Origin: Patescibacteria group bacterium
GTDB taxonomy: Bacteria > Patescibacteriota > Minisyncoccia > 2-02-FULL-40-12 > IGHO2-01-FULL-4-A
DNA: 64,000 nucleotides
Assembly (NCBI GenBank): GCA_038064915.1
Contig: JBBTSB010000009.1
Span: forward strand, 20,773 to 84,772
Direction of reading: 5' to 3'
The position numbers and the translations under genes are program-made. The notes beneath the pieces were generated by a model, which was given only the letters and a program-made list of their open reading frames with translations, ran no database searches and had not been told where the DNA came from. Position 1 is the stretch's first letter; every line of letters starts with the position of its first letter. Positions 35,643 to 46,215 of this stretch are shown in pieces.

Positions 35643-37373
35643 ATGTCACCTGATTTTAAACAACTCGATAACTTTTTTACTAATTCTCCACAAAAGAACG
35701 GGCGCCAGCCCGCCTCCCCTAGCAAGCGCTTCCTGCCTACCAAGGAACAGTTTTATTATCTACCACGTGTTCTCTCTCCCCGTGAACGATACATCATCAC
35801 CGCACTCGTCATAGTCGCGCTTGCATCTCTGATTGCCATTCCAATCAGCGCTTACTACCATGGTACCGTGGAGGGACCCCAATACGGCGGTTCCTGGTCC
35901 GAAGGTATGATTGGAACACCCCAGCATATCAATCCCCTCTTGCTTCAAGCCAACGATGTGGACAGCGATCTGGTCAATCTCATGTATGCGGGACTGCTCC
36001 GCTACGATGGAAACGGCAACTTGGTACCCGACCTGGCTGAATCCTACACGATTTCAGACAATGGCCTTGAGTATTCCTTCAAACTAAAAGAAAACTTGCG
36101 CTGGCACGATGGACGGCCACTTACGGTCGACGATGTTTTGTTCACGATACTCACGGCCCAAAACAGCGACTATGGAAGCACTCAGCGTATAAACTGGCAG
36201 GGAGTGGATGTTTCGAAACGAGAAGATCGTATCGTGGTGTTTACCCTAAAAAACCGATATGCGCAATTCATCGACAATGCCACGCTTAGTATTCTTCCGA
36301 AACACATTTGGGAAAATGTTAAGCCTGCAAACTTTGCTTCGTCCGAACACAACCTCAAGCCTATTGGTTCCGGGCCGTACAAATTTTCAAAACTTCGTCG
36401 CGATACCCTAGGTACCGTTCGCTCCATTACCCTTGTGTCGTTTGATCAGTACGCTGGCGGGAAACCTTTTATTGATCAGATTGATCTCTCATTTTATGAA
36501 TCGGAACAAAAAGCTATTGATGCATACAACGGCGGCGAGGTTGGGGGGTTGAGTTTTGTTTCCGCCCAGCGCCTACAAGATCTCAAGTCCACACGCGGCA
36601 TCACCATCCACCAGCTTCGCCTTCCCCGCTACTTCGCCGTATTTTTTAATCAAAATAAAAGCAAGGTCCTTTCTGATAAAAACGCTCGCTTGGCACTCAA
36701 TCATGCCACAAACAAGGCGGCATTGGTGGAAAAACTTTTGGCCGACAAAGCAACGGTCGTGCATAGCCCCTTACTTCCCGGCATTATCGACATACCAGAA
36801 GCGACGGCAACATATCCCTACGACCTGGATAAAGCAAAAAAACTCCTTCAAAACGTGAAGGAACCGCTCGATATTGAAATCACAACATCAAGCTGGCCCG
36901 AGCTTGCGGCGGTTGCCGAAGAACTAAAAACTCAATGGGAAGTCGCGGGGTTTCGGGTGACCATTCGCATGCTTTCCGTTCCCGAAGTACAGCAGGCAAT
37001 CAAGGATCGAGACTATGCATCGCTTCTGTTTGGTGAGGTTCTCGGCTTGAACCCCGATCCTTTTAGTTTTTGGCACTCTTCACAAAAACGCGATCCGGGA
37101 TTAAACCTGGCACTGTATGACAACCGCGACGCTGACAAGATTTTGGAAGATGCACGCCAAGTCATGGATGACAATCAACGTCGTGAGCAGTACAACCGAC
37201 TTCAAAATATCATCAATGGAGACGTTCCCATCGTCATGCTCTATAGCCCGGACTATTTGTATATCCAACCAAACGATATCAAAAACAACACCGCAAGTAT
37301 TATTGCTGTCCCCGCGTATCGATTTGACACGGTGCATGAGTGGTACATTGACACGCAGCGAAAGAAAGAGTAA
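35643..37373 (+). CDS. ABC transporter substrate-binding protein, family 5 (peptide/nickel type), membrane anchored
   Basis: SBP_bac_5 pattern plus an N-terminal transmembrane segment. Confidence 0.75.
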   Translation: MSPDFKQLDNFFTNSPQKNGRQPASPSKRFLPTKEQFYYLPRVLSPRERYIITALVIVALASLIAIPISAYYHGTVEGPQYGGSWSEGMIGTPQHINPLLLQANDVDSDLVNLMYAGLLRYDGNGNLVPDLAESYTISDNGLEYSFKLKENLRWHDGRPLTVDDVLFTILTAQNSDYGSTQRINWQGVDVSKREDRIVVFTLKNRYAQFIDNATLSILPKHIWENVKPANFASSEHNLKPIGSGPYKFSKLRRDTLGTVRSITLVSFDQYAGGKPFIDQIDLSFYESEQKAIDAYNGGEVGGLSFVSAQRLQDLKSTRGITIHQLRLPRYFAVFFNQNKSKVLSDKNARLALNHATNKAALVEKLLADKATVVHSPLLPGIIDIPEATATYPYDLDKAKKLLQNVKEPLDIEITTSSWPELAAVAEELKTQWEVAGFRVTIRMLSVPEVQQAIKDRDYASLLFGEVLGLNPDPFSFWHSSQKRDPGLNLALYDNRDADKILEDARQVMDDNQRREQYNRLQNIINGDVPIVMLYSPDYLYIQPNDIKNNTASIIAVPAYRFDTVHEWYIDTQRKKE

Positions 37374-37411
37374 GATGTTTATACCAATATTGATCTCTTG
37401 TATGCAAAATT

Positions 37412-37495
37412 GCAGGTGTGGCGAAACTGGCAACCGCGCTAGCTTCAGGAGCTAGTGGGGGCAACCCCTTGGAGGTTCGAGTCCTCTCACCTGCA
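37412..37495 (+). tRNA. tRNA-Leu (anticodon CAG)
   Basis: Hand fold: acceptor GCAGGTG/CACCTGC, anticodon arm CTAGC-TTCAGGA-GCTAG, long variable arm GGGGG-CAA-CCCC. Confidence 0.85.
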
Positions 37496-37496
37496 C

Positions 37497-39299
37497 ATGG
37501 AACAAAAAATAACTCTTTCTCCTCCCAAAAAGAGGAGAGCGCCCCGATATCGGGATGGCCAGCGCAATGGCCCCAAAAAGCGCGTTTTGACGCCCCTGCA
37601 TCGTCCAGAACGCGAAGTGCACGCCGATCATATGCAGCAGGATTCACTCAAAGTCACCCACCTTGGGGGCTTGGGAGAGATCGGTCGCAACATGCAGGTA
37701 CTGGAATATAAGGACGACATCATGTTGATTGATGCGGGTTTTGGCTTTCCGGAAGACGATCAACCGGGCATCGATTACAACCTGCCCAACGTCAGCTACC
37801 TCGCCGACAAAGTCAATCGTATCCGCGGACTTATCATCACCCATGGACACTATGACCACATCGGAGCACTCCCCTACGTCATTGAAAAACTGGGAAATCC
37901 CCCTATCTACTGTTCCCGTCTCACCTGGGGCATCGTCATGAAGCGCCACCAAGAATTCCCTCACTTGCCCGCGATGGATATCACCATCATGGATGATCGG
38001 GATGTCATCCAGCTGGGAACGCACTTTAGAGTCGAATTCGTCCACGTCAACCACAACATTCCCGAGGACCTAGCGCTTCATATCACCACCCCCGCGGGGA
38101 CGGTGTTTCATACTTCGGACTTCAAGTTTGACCCTGAACCGCTCAATGAAAAACCCACCGATATCGAATACCTCAAAAAACTCGGTGATCAGGGTGTCAC
38201 GCTCTTGCTTTCCGACTCTACGGGAGCTGAAAAAGCCGGATCTTCCGTATCGGAAGCAAGCATCAACGCGAACATCGAAGGAATTTTTAAAGAATCTCAA
38301 GGGCGTATTATTACTGCCACCTATTCGTCGCTCATCAACCGTATTCAACAGCTCATTACGCTTTCCGAAAAATATAACCGTAAAGTTGCTATCGATGGCT
38401 ACAGCATGAAGAGCAACGTGGAGATTCTCAAGGAGCTACAACAGCTTCGCATCAAAAAGGATACCCAGATCGATATCTCGCAAGTGGATGACTTTCCCGA
38501 TCGCAACGTGACCATCATTGGCACGGGAGCACAGGGTGAAGAGCGTGCTGTCATGATGCGCATCGCAACCGGCGAACACAGATTTGTACGGGTGAAGCCT
38601 ACCGACAGCATTATCTTCTCTTCTTCTGTGGTACCTGGCAACGAACGCACCGTCCAGCGACTCCGAGACATGATGTATCGCATGGGAGCAAACGTCTACC
38701 ACTATCAGATGATGGACATCCACGCCGGCGGTCATGCATTGCAAGACGATCTCAAGCGCATGATTTTGTACATGCGTCCCAAGTACTTCCTGCCAAATCA
38801 CGGATACTATTCCATGATGGTAACGCATGCAAAACTTGCACAGGAAGTCGGAATTCCGAAGGAAAACTGCATCCTGCCAGACAACGGAAACATCATCCAC
38901 ATCACTGAAGATGCCTGGTGGTTTGATAAAAAATCCGCCATCGTAGACAACGTCATGGTAGACGGTCTTGGTGTAGGTGATGTCGGTAATGTCGTCATTC
39001 GCGACCGTCAGGTCCTAGCGGAAGATGGTATGTTTGTCATCGTCACACTGATTGATTCCAAAACCGGCCAGGTACGCGGAAGTCCCGACATCATTTCCAG
39101 AGGATTTGTGTACCTCAAAGAAAATAAAGAGATGCTCATTCAGGTTCGCAAAAAAATCCGCCACCTCGTAGAAAAACACGGCACGCGTCCCATCAACTGG
39201 ACTGACCTCAAAGATGTTATTCGTGAAGAAGTCGGCCTCTTCCTTTTCCAGAAAACCGAACGCCGCCCCATGATTTTGCCGGTGGTGATTGAGGTGTAA
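37497..39299 (+). CDS. rnj: Ribonuclease J
   Basis: MBL motif ITHGHYDHIGALPY and beta-CASP/RMMBL regions. Start uncertain: either the ATG 2 nt after the tRNA or the internal Met at 37632. Confidence 0.85.
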   Translation: MEQKITLSPPKKRRAPRYRDGQRNGPKKRVLTPLHRPEREVHADHMQQDSLKVTHLGGLGEIGRNMQVLEYKDDIMLIDAGFGFPEDDQPGIDYNLPNVSYLADKVNRIRGLIITHGHYDHIGALPYVIEKLGNPPIYCSRLTWGIVMKRHQEFPHLPAMDITIMDDRDVIQLGTHFRVEFVHVNHNIPEDLALHITTPAGTVFHTSDFKFDPEPLNEKPTDIEYLKKLGDQGVTLLLSDSTGAEKAGSSVSEASINANIEGIFKESQGRIITATYSSLINRIQQLITLSEKYNRKVAIDGYSMKSNVEILKELQQLRIKKDTQIDISQVDDFPDRNVTIIGTGAQGEERAVMMRIATGEHRFVRVKPTDSIIFSSSVVPGNERTVQRLRDMMYRMGANVYHYQMMDIHAGGHALQDDLKRMILYMRPKYFLPNHGYYSMMVTHAKLAQEVGIPKENCILPDNGNIIHITEDAWWFDKKSAIVDNVMVDGLGVGDVGNVVIRDRQVLAEDGMFVIVTLIDSKTGQVRGSPDIISRGFVYLKENKEMLIQVRKKIRHLVEKHGTRPINWTDLKDVIREEVGLFLFQKTERRPMILPVVIEV

Positions 39300-39302
39300 C
39301 CC

Positions 39303-40166
39303 ATGCAACAATCTTGGTTTTTCTACGCACTCTTTGCCATGATCTGTTTTGGTGTTGGCGGAGCATTGATGAAAATGCCTGCCGCGCGCCAGCAGAACCG
39401 TTTTGTGATGGCCTTTTGGTCGGTGGGATTTCCATTCGTGCTCTCGCTATTGGTGTTTTGGAAACACCTCCCCTCCACCACATCACGATTACTCTGGATT
39501 GCGCTGCTCTGGGGGCTATTCTTCTCAGTTGCGCGCATCTTATACATAGAAAGCTATCACTACGCGGATACCAACGTGGTCACTCCCATGACCAGCAGCA
39601 TGGGCATTCTTCTTACGTTTGCTAGCGGATTATTTCTGTTTCACGATCGTCTTTCGCTCTTGGAGTTTTTGGGCCTTGTTACCGCCTTTTCAGCCGTTGC
39701 TTTATTTGCATTTGAAAACAAAGGTCATCAAAGTCTCAAAAAATTGATCTATGTTTTGATCATCTTATCTCTGTGTTCCGTCACCTACAAAATATTTCAG
39801 AAAATGGGAGTGGACTCCGGCGACATCTATGTATTTCAAATCTGGCAGTTCCTCTTTGCTTCGTTGTTTCTATTTCTTTTGTTTGCCTTGCGCCATAAAG
39901 ATGAGATACGACAGTGGCACATTCACCTTTCCGGCCCAGGCATTATGAGCGGTTGTATGATGGGGCTTTTGTCCTTTGCTGGTGGAATCGCCTACAATAT
40001 CGCGCTTACGCGAGGATCCTTTACCTTAGTAAACATCCTCATGGCAATGTACCTGCCAGTGACAATTTTTACCGGCTATCTCCTTTATCAAGAAAAGTTC
40101 ACCAAACGAAAAGCATTGCTACTCGTGCTTGCATTGGCCTCCATCGTACTGATAAGATTAGGCTAA
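39303..40166 (+). CDS. DMT superfamily (EamA-like) transporter
   Basis: About ten transmembrane helices with the 4+1/4+1 EamA pattern. Confidence 0.6.
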   Translation: MQQSWFFYALFAMICFGVGGALMKMPAARQQNRFVMAFWSVGFPFVLSLLVFWKHLPSTTSRLLWIALLWGLFFSVARILYIESYHYADTNVVTPMTSSMGILLTFASGLFLFHDRLSLLEFLGLVTAFSAVALFAFENKGHQSLKKLIYVLIILSLCSVTYKIFQKMGVDSGDIYVFQIWQFLFASLFLFLLFALRHKDEIRQWHIHLSGPGIMSGCMMGLLSFAGGIAYNIALTRGSFTLVNILMAMYLPVTIFTGYLLYQEKFTKRKALLLVLALASIVLIRLG

Positions 40167-40167
40167 C

Positions 40168-41100
40168 ATGAATAGAATCTTTTCCGGCATCCGTCCTTCA
40201 GGCAAACTCCATCTTGGCAACTATCTGGGTGCCATCAAAAACTGGCTCGCCCTGAGCGAAGTCGAAGGGATTGATCAGGCTTTATTCGCCGTAGTAGACT
40301 TGCATGGCATTACCACGCCGTACGATCCCTCTATTTATCACAATGGCGTCATGGATGTGATTTTGGACTACATGGCAGCTGGAATAAATCCCGACAAATC
40401 GCTTTTGATTCGCCAGTCGAAAGTCCATCAGCATGCAGAACTCGCATGGCTTTTTAATACAATCACTCCGGTCAGCTGGCTCGATCGCTTACCAACATAT
40501 AAAGAAAAAATCGAACAGACAGGCGGCAAATACAACCACATGGGTATACTCGACTACCCCGTCCTCATGGCGGCAGATATTTTGCTTTACAAATCAAACC
40601 TCGTTCCAGTCGGCGATGATCAAAAAGCGCACATAGATCTGACCAACGAAATCGCCAAAAAGTTTAATCACATGTTCGGCGAGATGTTTGAGCCGGTAAA
40701 AACAGTAAAAGCCGAGGGAGCAAGAATTATGTCGCTCAAGGATCCGACCAAAAAAATGTCCAAGACTGGCGATGAGGGCATCGCGCTCTCGGATGATCCG
40801 GATACCATCAATGCCAAAATAAAAAAAGCTGTCACTACACCCGAAGGCATCGCGAACCTTTCTCTAATTTACAAACTCCTGGCAAATGAAGAGCCCCAGA
40901 TCGAAGAAGGAAATTATGCCGATTTCAAATCCAAGCTCGCCGACGTCGTCGTCGAATTCCTCAAACCCTTCCAATCCCGCCGCGCAAAGCTTGCCGCCGA
41001 CATGGGCGAAGTAGAACGTATCTTGCAAAAATCAGAAGCAAAGGCTATGGTAATCGCACAGACCACGTTGGCGGAAGTCCGCCAAAAGATGGGTCTGTAA
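40168..41100 (+). CDS. trpS: Tryptophan--tRNA ligase
   Basis: Class I HIGH-like motif (GKLHLGNYLG) and KMSKT. Confidence 0.9.
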   Translation: MNRIFSGIRPSGKLHLGNYLGAIKNWLALSEVEGIDQALFAVVDLHGITTPYDPSIYHNGVMDVILDYMAAGINPDKSLLIRQSKVHQHAELAWLFNTITPVSWLDRLPTYKEKIEQTGGKYNHMGILDYPVLMAADILLYKSNLVPVGDDQKAHIDLTNEIAKKFNHMFGEMFEPVKTVKAEGARIMSLKDPTKKMSKTGDEGIALSDDPDTINAKIKKAVTTPEGIANLSLIYKLLANEEPQIEEGNYADFKSKLADVVVEFLKPFQSRRAKLAADMGEVERILQKSEAKAMVIAQTTLAEVRQKMGL

Positions 41101-41113
41101 AGGAGGAAATAAG

Positions 41114-41227
41114 ATGAAGCGACCTCGAAACTCGTTTCTCATCGCCCTGGGCGTGACAGTGTACGCCGCGCTCGCCTTCACCGCTAGCAATTTAGCGCTG
41201 GCACCCTTCATCTACACGGTCTTCTAG
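41114..41227 (+). CDS. Small hydrophobic peptide (37 aa)
   Basis: Strong SD AGGAGG 6 nt upstream. Single transmembrane segment. Hand-translated. Confidence 0.35.
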   Translation: MKRPRNSFLIALGVTVYAALAFTASNLALAPFIYTVF

Positions 41228-41235
41228 GAGGAACC

Positions 41236-41376
41236 GTGTACATTCCGGCTTGGATCGGAGTTCCTTTGTTGTTGGCGGTTTCAACGATGTGGGCATGGGT
41301 CCCATGGATTGAGGGCCTTATCTCTCGACAGAAGACGTCGAGTGATCACGTCTTCCCCGATGACGACGATCAGTAG
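41236..41376 (+). CDS. Small hydrophobic peptide (46 aa, GTG start) with an acidic tail DDDDQ
   Basis: SD GAGGAGG 5-6 nt upstream. Trp-rich transmembrane segment. Confidence 0.3.
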   Translation: MYIPAWIGVPLLLAVSTMWAWVPWIEGLISRQKTSSDHVFPDDDDQ

Positions 41377-41462
41377 CATGATCGTCAAGTTCCTGATCCC
41401 CGGCCGCGCAGGCGCGTCTCCCCGAGGCCGCCGCCCCGGGGATTCACGCTATTTAGAGACAA

Positions 41463-41490
41463 TTGACCGACTTTTTGCAGGTGCTATAAT
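41463..41490 (+). promoter_or_regulatory. Near-consensus sigma-70 promoter with extended -10 (TTGACC, 16 nt spacer, TGcTATAAT)
   Basis: The ATG at 41503 lies about 12 nt downstream of the -10 element, so the mRNA is leaderless or nearly so. Confidence 0.45.
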
Positions 41491-41502
41491 GAACAAATCA
41501 AT

Positions 41503-41796
41503 ATGAAAAAAACGTCGAAAAAAGAAACTCAGCTTGATATGATTGCTCGTCATGTGGCGAAGATCAAGGATACCATGGCAACAAAGAGTGATTTAGCGGA
41601 AATCAGGAGTACCATGGCCACAAAGATGGAGCTTGCCGAAGTGAAACTCAATATGGTCAGCAAAGACGACCTACGAAGAACCGAGGAGCGGCTACTTGAT
41701 AAACTCGATACACACAATGAAATCGAAGGTGCTCTCATCAAAGATCTCCAAACTCGAGTCAAAAAACTACAAACCCACGTTTACAAAACTCAATAA
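41503..41796 (+). CDS. Coiled-coil protein with ATKxDLAE repeats (DUF1640-like?)
   Basis: Repeats DTMATKSDLAEIRSTMATKMELAEVKL. Confidence 0.5.
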   Translation: MKKTSKKETQLDMIARHVAKIKDTMATKSDLAEIRSTMATKMELAEVKLNMVSKDDLRRTEERLLDKLDTHNEIEGALIKDLQTRVKKLQTHVYKTQ

Positions 41797-41824
41797 TGCC
41801 CGCCGCCCCTTGGATTCACTCTGT

Positions 41825-43063
41825 TTATGAAGCAATGAGTGCCTGAACTTCTTTAATTTTCTCGTCCATCGTGTCTTTGGTACGAGCTTCGACGATGAGG
41901 CGAATCACGGGTTCAGTGCCGGAGGCACGGACCAAAAACCACCAATCGGGATAATCCACCCTTAAACCATCGATTTCATTGAGCGCGCCATCAGCGTATT
42001 GTGCTTTAAGCTTAGCGACAATCGGTGCAACAGAATCCGGCCAACCGGCAATTGGTGCATTGATCTCCCCTGAATATGCCCAGACATCCAATGGTGCAAC
42101 AAGCTCGTCGATAGTTTTCTTTTCCTCGGATAATAATTTCAATATTTTCAAAATCCCCAATTGCGTCGATTCGCTATAGTTGAGCTCCCTAAACATGAGA
42201 TGTCCAGAAGCTTCTCCCGCAAATTCCACATCGTTCTCCTTCATAACGCGCTTGATGTTGGTGTGGCCAATTTTTGATGGGATCAATTTCGTGCCTCGTG
42301 CAATGAGATAATCGGTAACTCCTCGCGATGCTCGCAAATCGGCAATGACTTCTTTCATATTTTGTGCCAAAAGACCTTCAAATAAATCAGCGCGGATTTG
42401 TTTGTTTTGTGAGTTGTATATCATGAGGCGATCACCGTCAGGATCAAAGGCAAATTTTACATCGTACCCGACATTCACTGACATAATTCCAAGTTTATCA
42501 AAAATAACACCAAGTTCTTTTCTGATCATTGGCGCAGCTTCAACCGCGACCTTCAAATCTACCTCCCCTTTGAAAAGTCCCGAATATTTGATGATGTGCT
42601 CCGCATGATCATTGAGGACATTTATCGGCGCAATGTTTCCGATTGTTTCGGCAAAAATCGGTTCTCCACGAATGATTTCTGCCAATTCCAATAATCCCGA
42701 CTCCTTGCCCAATACCATAGCGTCCTTTTTGCAAATTTTGAAACCATTAAACGCCTCGCCCATATGTGATGCGGTTATCATGATACCAGCAGGTGCGGAG
42801 CCGGAAATAACTGCATAATAAAAAAACGGCGTGCTGGATTCACCTATGTCAACGACATCACACCCCGCGCCGGTAATTCCACGAATAATCGCCTCTCGGA
42901 GTGGCAAAGCCGAGGGGCGCATGTCACGTGCAAGAATGAGCTTTTTTGCATCAAAATACGTTACCAACGCACCTCCGAGACGTTCCGCAAATTCATCATC
43001 AAAGTCTTTGTTGTATTCACCGCGGATATCGTAAGCGCGAAGAATTCCTGGATTAAATTTCAT
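41825..43063 (-). CDS. Phosphoglucomutase/phosphomannomutase family protein (GlmM-like)
   Basis: Active-site serine loop ITASHMG (TASHNP-like) and four-domain PGM/PMM architecture. Confidence 0.8.
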   Translation of the reverse strand: MKFNPGILRAYDIRGEYNKDFDDEFAERLGGALVTYFDAKKLILARDMRPSALPLREAIIRGITGAGCDVVDIGESSTPFFYYAVISGSAPAGIMITASHMGEAFNGFKICKKDAMVLGKESGLLELAEIIRGEPIFAETIGNIAPINVLNDHAEHIIKYSGLFKGEVDLKVAVEAAPMIRKELGVIFDKLGIMSVNVGYDVKFAFDPDGDRLMIYNSQNKQIRADLFEGLLAQNMKEVIADLRASRGVTDYLIARGTKLIPSKIGHTNIKRVMKENDVEFAGEASGHLMFRELNYSESTQLGILKILKLLSEEKKTIDELVAPLDVWAYSGEINAPIAGWPDSVAPIVAKLKAQYADGALNEIDGLRVDYPDWWFLVRASGTEPVIRLIVEARTKDTMDEKIKEVQALIAS

Positions 43064-43086
43064 AAACTTGATACAGTTGTTGGGTT

Positions 43087-44457
43087 ATGATTTCTCTCAA
43101 AAAGATCAAAAAAGTTCATATGATCGGGATCAAAGGCACAGGGATGTCGGCGCTTGCGCTCGCACTTCGAAGCTTGGGAATCCAGGTCAGCGGATCGGAT
43201 GCAAAGGACTCTTTTATGCTTCTCGATCAGCCACGCTTCACGCGAGCCGGAATTAAAATAAATCACGATTTCAGTGCCGAGCATGTTACTTCTAAACTCA
43301 GCGCTGTCATCGTATCCAGTTCGCATCTTACCAAAAATCCTGAAGTAAATAAAGCCCGCAAGCTCAAGATCCAAATTTTGGAGTACAAAGATGTGATCGG
43401 CATACTTTCGGAAGAATTTAGATCAATCGCTGTCACTGGCTCGCACGGCAAGACCACGACGACCAACATGCTCGCACATGTGCTCCGTCCAGTGCTTGCT
43501 ATCGCAGGACCGACCAGTCCACAAGTCTTGGATGAAATGAAACCAGGCAGTATGTTCGTCTTCGAGGCCGACGAATATCAAAACAAACTAAAATCCTACT
43601 CCCCTTTCGGTGTCATCCTCACTAACGTCGAACTTGACCATCCTGATTATTTTAAGTCCCAAGCTCAATACGAGCGCGTCTTCTCGCAATTCGTGCAACG
43701 TATACCGTCAGAGGGGTTTTTAGTTTATTGTCATGATGACGAGGCTGCCCGACACATTGCTACAAAAGCAAAGTGTAAAAAACTCGGTTATGGCTTCTCT
43801 GAAGGCTCCACCTACCTCATCCGCGCCGTAGAAAATCCCACCAACGGTGCTCCGTTCGCTTTGCATAATCACGCGACACCAGTCGGTATTTTCCGTACGG
43901 CACTTTTGGGACGACACAATATTCTCAACGCTGCGGCGGTAGTCCTTGCCGCTCGAGAGCTTGGTGTTGATGATGAAAAAATAAAAGGAGCTCTCATGAG
44001 CTTTCGCGGTTCGCCCCGCCGCCTACAAAAAGTTTCCACCAACCCCCTCGTCTTTGATGACTACGGCCATCACCCCACGGAAATCAAAGCGACCATCAAA
44101 GCACTCCGTGATACGTATCCCGACAAAAAAATCATCACCGTTTTTCATCCGCACACCTTCACCCGCACCAAAAAATTCCTCAAAGAATTTGGCGATTCAT
44201 TTGCCGACTCTGATCATACGATTGTGCTTGAAATCTGGGGCTCGGCTCGCGAGACCCACGGAACCGTGAGTTCTCGTGACGTTGTCGCCGAAATCGAAAA
44301 ACATAAAGGACGAGCCGAGTATGCGGCCACGTTTGAAGATGCTGCAAAATTATTGAAAGGCAAGCTTGGCGATGATACGCTATTACTAACCATCGGCGCA
44401 GGAGATATTTGGAAACTACACCCCTATGTTATCAATCGGAATAGTCGGGCTTCCTAA
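43087..44457 (+). CDS. murC: UDP-N-acetylmuramate--L-alanine ligase MurC
   Basis: GIKGTGMSALA N-terminal motif and Mur ligase P-loop GSHGKTTTT. Confidence 0.85.
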   Translation: MISLKKIKKVHMIGIKGTGMSALALALRSLGIQVSGSDAKDSFMLLDQPRFTRAGIKINHDFSAEHVTSKLSAVIVSSSHLTKNPEVNKARKLKIQILEYKDVIGILSEEFRSIAVTGSHGKTTTTNMLAHVLRPVLAIAGPTSPQVLDEMKPGSMFVFEADEYQNKLKSYSPFGVILTNVELDHPDYFKSQAQYERVFSQFVQRIPSEGFLVYCHDDEAARHIATKAKCKKLGYGFSEGSTYLIRAVENPTNGAPFALHNHATPVGIFRTALLGRHNILNAAAVVLAARELGVDDEKIKGALMSFRGSPRRLQKVSTNPLVFDDYGHHPTEIKATIKALRDTYPDKKIITVFHPHTFTRTKKFLKEFGDSFADSDHTIVLEIWGSARETHGTVSSRDVVAEIEKHKGRAEYAATFEDAAKLLKGKLGDDTLLLTIGAGDIWKLHPYVINRNSRAS

Positions 44458-45361
44458 TGTCGGCAAGTCGACATTATTCAAGGCACTGACCAAAAAACAA
44501 ATCGATATTCAAAACTACCCGTTTACCACGATTGATCCCAACGTGGGTGTTGTCGCCGTGCCGGATGAACGACTGACCAAGCTTGCAGAGCTATCTCACT
44601 CCAAAAAAATCATTCCCACGGCGATCGAATTCATAGATATTGCTGGACTGGTAAAGGGCGCATCGCAGGGAGAGGGTTTGGGAAATAAATTTCTTGCCAA
44701 TATCCGTGAAGTGGACGCGATTGCGCATGTGGTACGAGTCTTTGATGACAAAGATATCACTCACGTCCACAATCGAGTAGATCCGTCAGACGATATAGAA
44801 ATCATAAAAACTGAACTTGAACTTGCCGATTTGGAATCAAAACAAAAACGGGAAGGTAAAAATAAAGATAAAGACTTACCGCCTCTTAGCTTGCTCACTG
44901 ATAAAAAAGTTATCTACGTGTTTAACGTCTCCGAAGCGCAGATTAAGACTGACTGGAAGCCGCCTGTTGATGGAGTAGTTTTATCGAGTACGTTTGAGTT
45001 ACTCCTTTCCGAGGCAACGCCCGAGGAACAGAAAATGTATCTTGAAGATGTCGGCATTAAGCAATCAGGACTTGATGAATTAATTACCAAAGCGTATAAA
45101 ACTCTGGGGCTATTAACTTTTCTGACAACCGGCGAAGACGAGACCCGCGCCTGGACAGCGCATGTGGGCGATCTGATCCCCCGCGCAAGCCGTGCTATTC
45201 ACACCGACTTTGAGCAAAAATTTATCCGCGCCGAAGTCATCAACTGGAAAACGCTCCTCGAAGTTGGAGGTTGGTCTAAAGCAAAAGAAACCGGGAAACT
45301 CAAACTCGTCGGCAAAGACTACACTATCCAAGAAGGAGATGTGGTAGAGATCAAAATTTAA
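44426..45361 (+). CDS. ychF: Ribosome-binding ATPase YchF
   Basis: [11 protein letters not shown], an NxxD variant and a TGS C-terminal region. Confidence 0.85.
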   Translation: MLSIGIVGLPNVGKSTLFKALTKKQIDIQNYPFTTIDPNVGVVAVPDERLTKLAELSHSKKIIPTAIEFIDIAGLVKGASQGEGLGNKFLANIREVDAIAHVVRVFDDKDITHVHNRVDPSDDIEIIKTELELADLESKQKREGKNKDKDLPPLSLLTDKKVIYVFNVSEAQIKTDWKPPVDGVVLSSTFELLLSEATPEEQKMYLEDVGIKQSGLDELITKAYKTLGLLTFLTTGEDETRAWTAHVGDLIPRASRAIHTDFEQKFIRAEVINWKTLLEVGGWSKAKETGKLKLVGKDYTIQEGDVVEIKI

Positions 45362-46215
45362 ATCTTTCCTACTGATCCGAAGAGTTCCAGTTTCTTTTTG
45401 ACGAGGGCTTTTGCGGCGTCAAAGGCCGGCTGGATAAATTTGTGCGGTGTCGTAGACTCATCGTCTTTGGCGAGTTCTTTTTCGAGGGCATCGTGGTAGG
45501 CAATGCGGAGCTCGGTATTGATATGGATATTGCAAATGCCATGTTTGATGGATTCTTTGATATCCTCATCAGACAATCCCGAAGCACCGTGAAGAACAAG
45601 GGGTGTTTCGGGTATCGCCGCGGAGATGTCTTTAAGCACATCAAAATTTAATTGTTCCTTTTGGTCAGTGACAATGCCATGAATATTCCCAAACGCGATC
45701 GCCAGACGATGAATTCCGGTGCGCTCCACAAACTCCTGTGCCTGTCGTGGATTGGTGTAGTCATCCACCGTAATTTCCACCTTTTTCTGCACTTCCGAGT
45801 CCCCGCGCAAATACCCAAGCTCCCCTTCCACCATCATGTCGGGGTCTATCGTGCGAGCATACTCGACGACCTTCTTTGTCAACGCAACATTTTCTTCAAA
45901 CGGCAGTTTTGACGCATCTATGAGTACCGTGTCATAACCCTCCTCGATACATGGACTCACAGACTCCCACGTTTTGTGATGGTCTGCATTAAGGAACACC
46001 GGATAGCCTAAATCTTGCCAGGATCGCACGAGCGCGATTGCTTGCTCAAGGCCGATAAATTTCTCCTCACCTTCGGATGTCGCTACCATCACAGGGCTTT
46101 TGAGTTCCGCCGCCGCTTCAACAATAGCTTTGAGCTGATCAGCAGTACTAAAATTAAAGTGCCCGATCGCCCACTTTTCTTGCTTCGCTTTTTGGAAGTA
46201 TTCTTTGATGATCAT
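45358..46215 (-). CDS. fba: Class II fructose-bisphosphate aldolase
   Basis: Zn-binding His residues and the class II FBA/tagatose-bisphosphate aldolase pattern. Confidence 0.85.
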   Translation of the reverse strand: MIIKEYFQKAKQEKWAIGHFNFSTADQLKAIVEAAAELKSPVMVATSEGEEKFIGLEQAIALVRSWQDLGYPVFLNADHHKTWESVSPCIEEGYDTVLIDASKLPFEENVALTKKVVEYARTIDPDMMVEGELGYLRGDSEVQKKVEITVDDYTNPRQAQEFVERTGIHRLAIAFGNIHGIVTDQKEQLNFDVLKDISAAIPETPLVLHGASGLSDEDIKESIKHGICNIHINTELRIAYHDALEKELAKDDESTTPHKFIQPAFDAAKALVKKKLELFGSVGKI

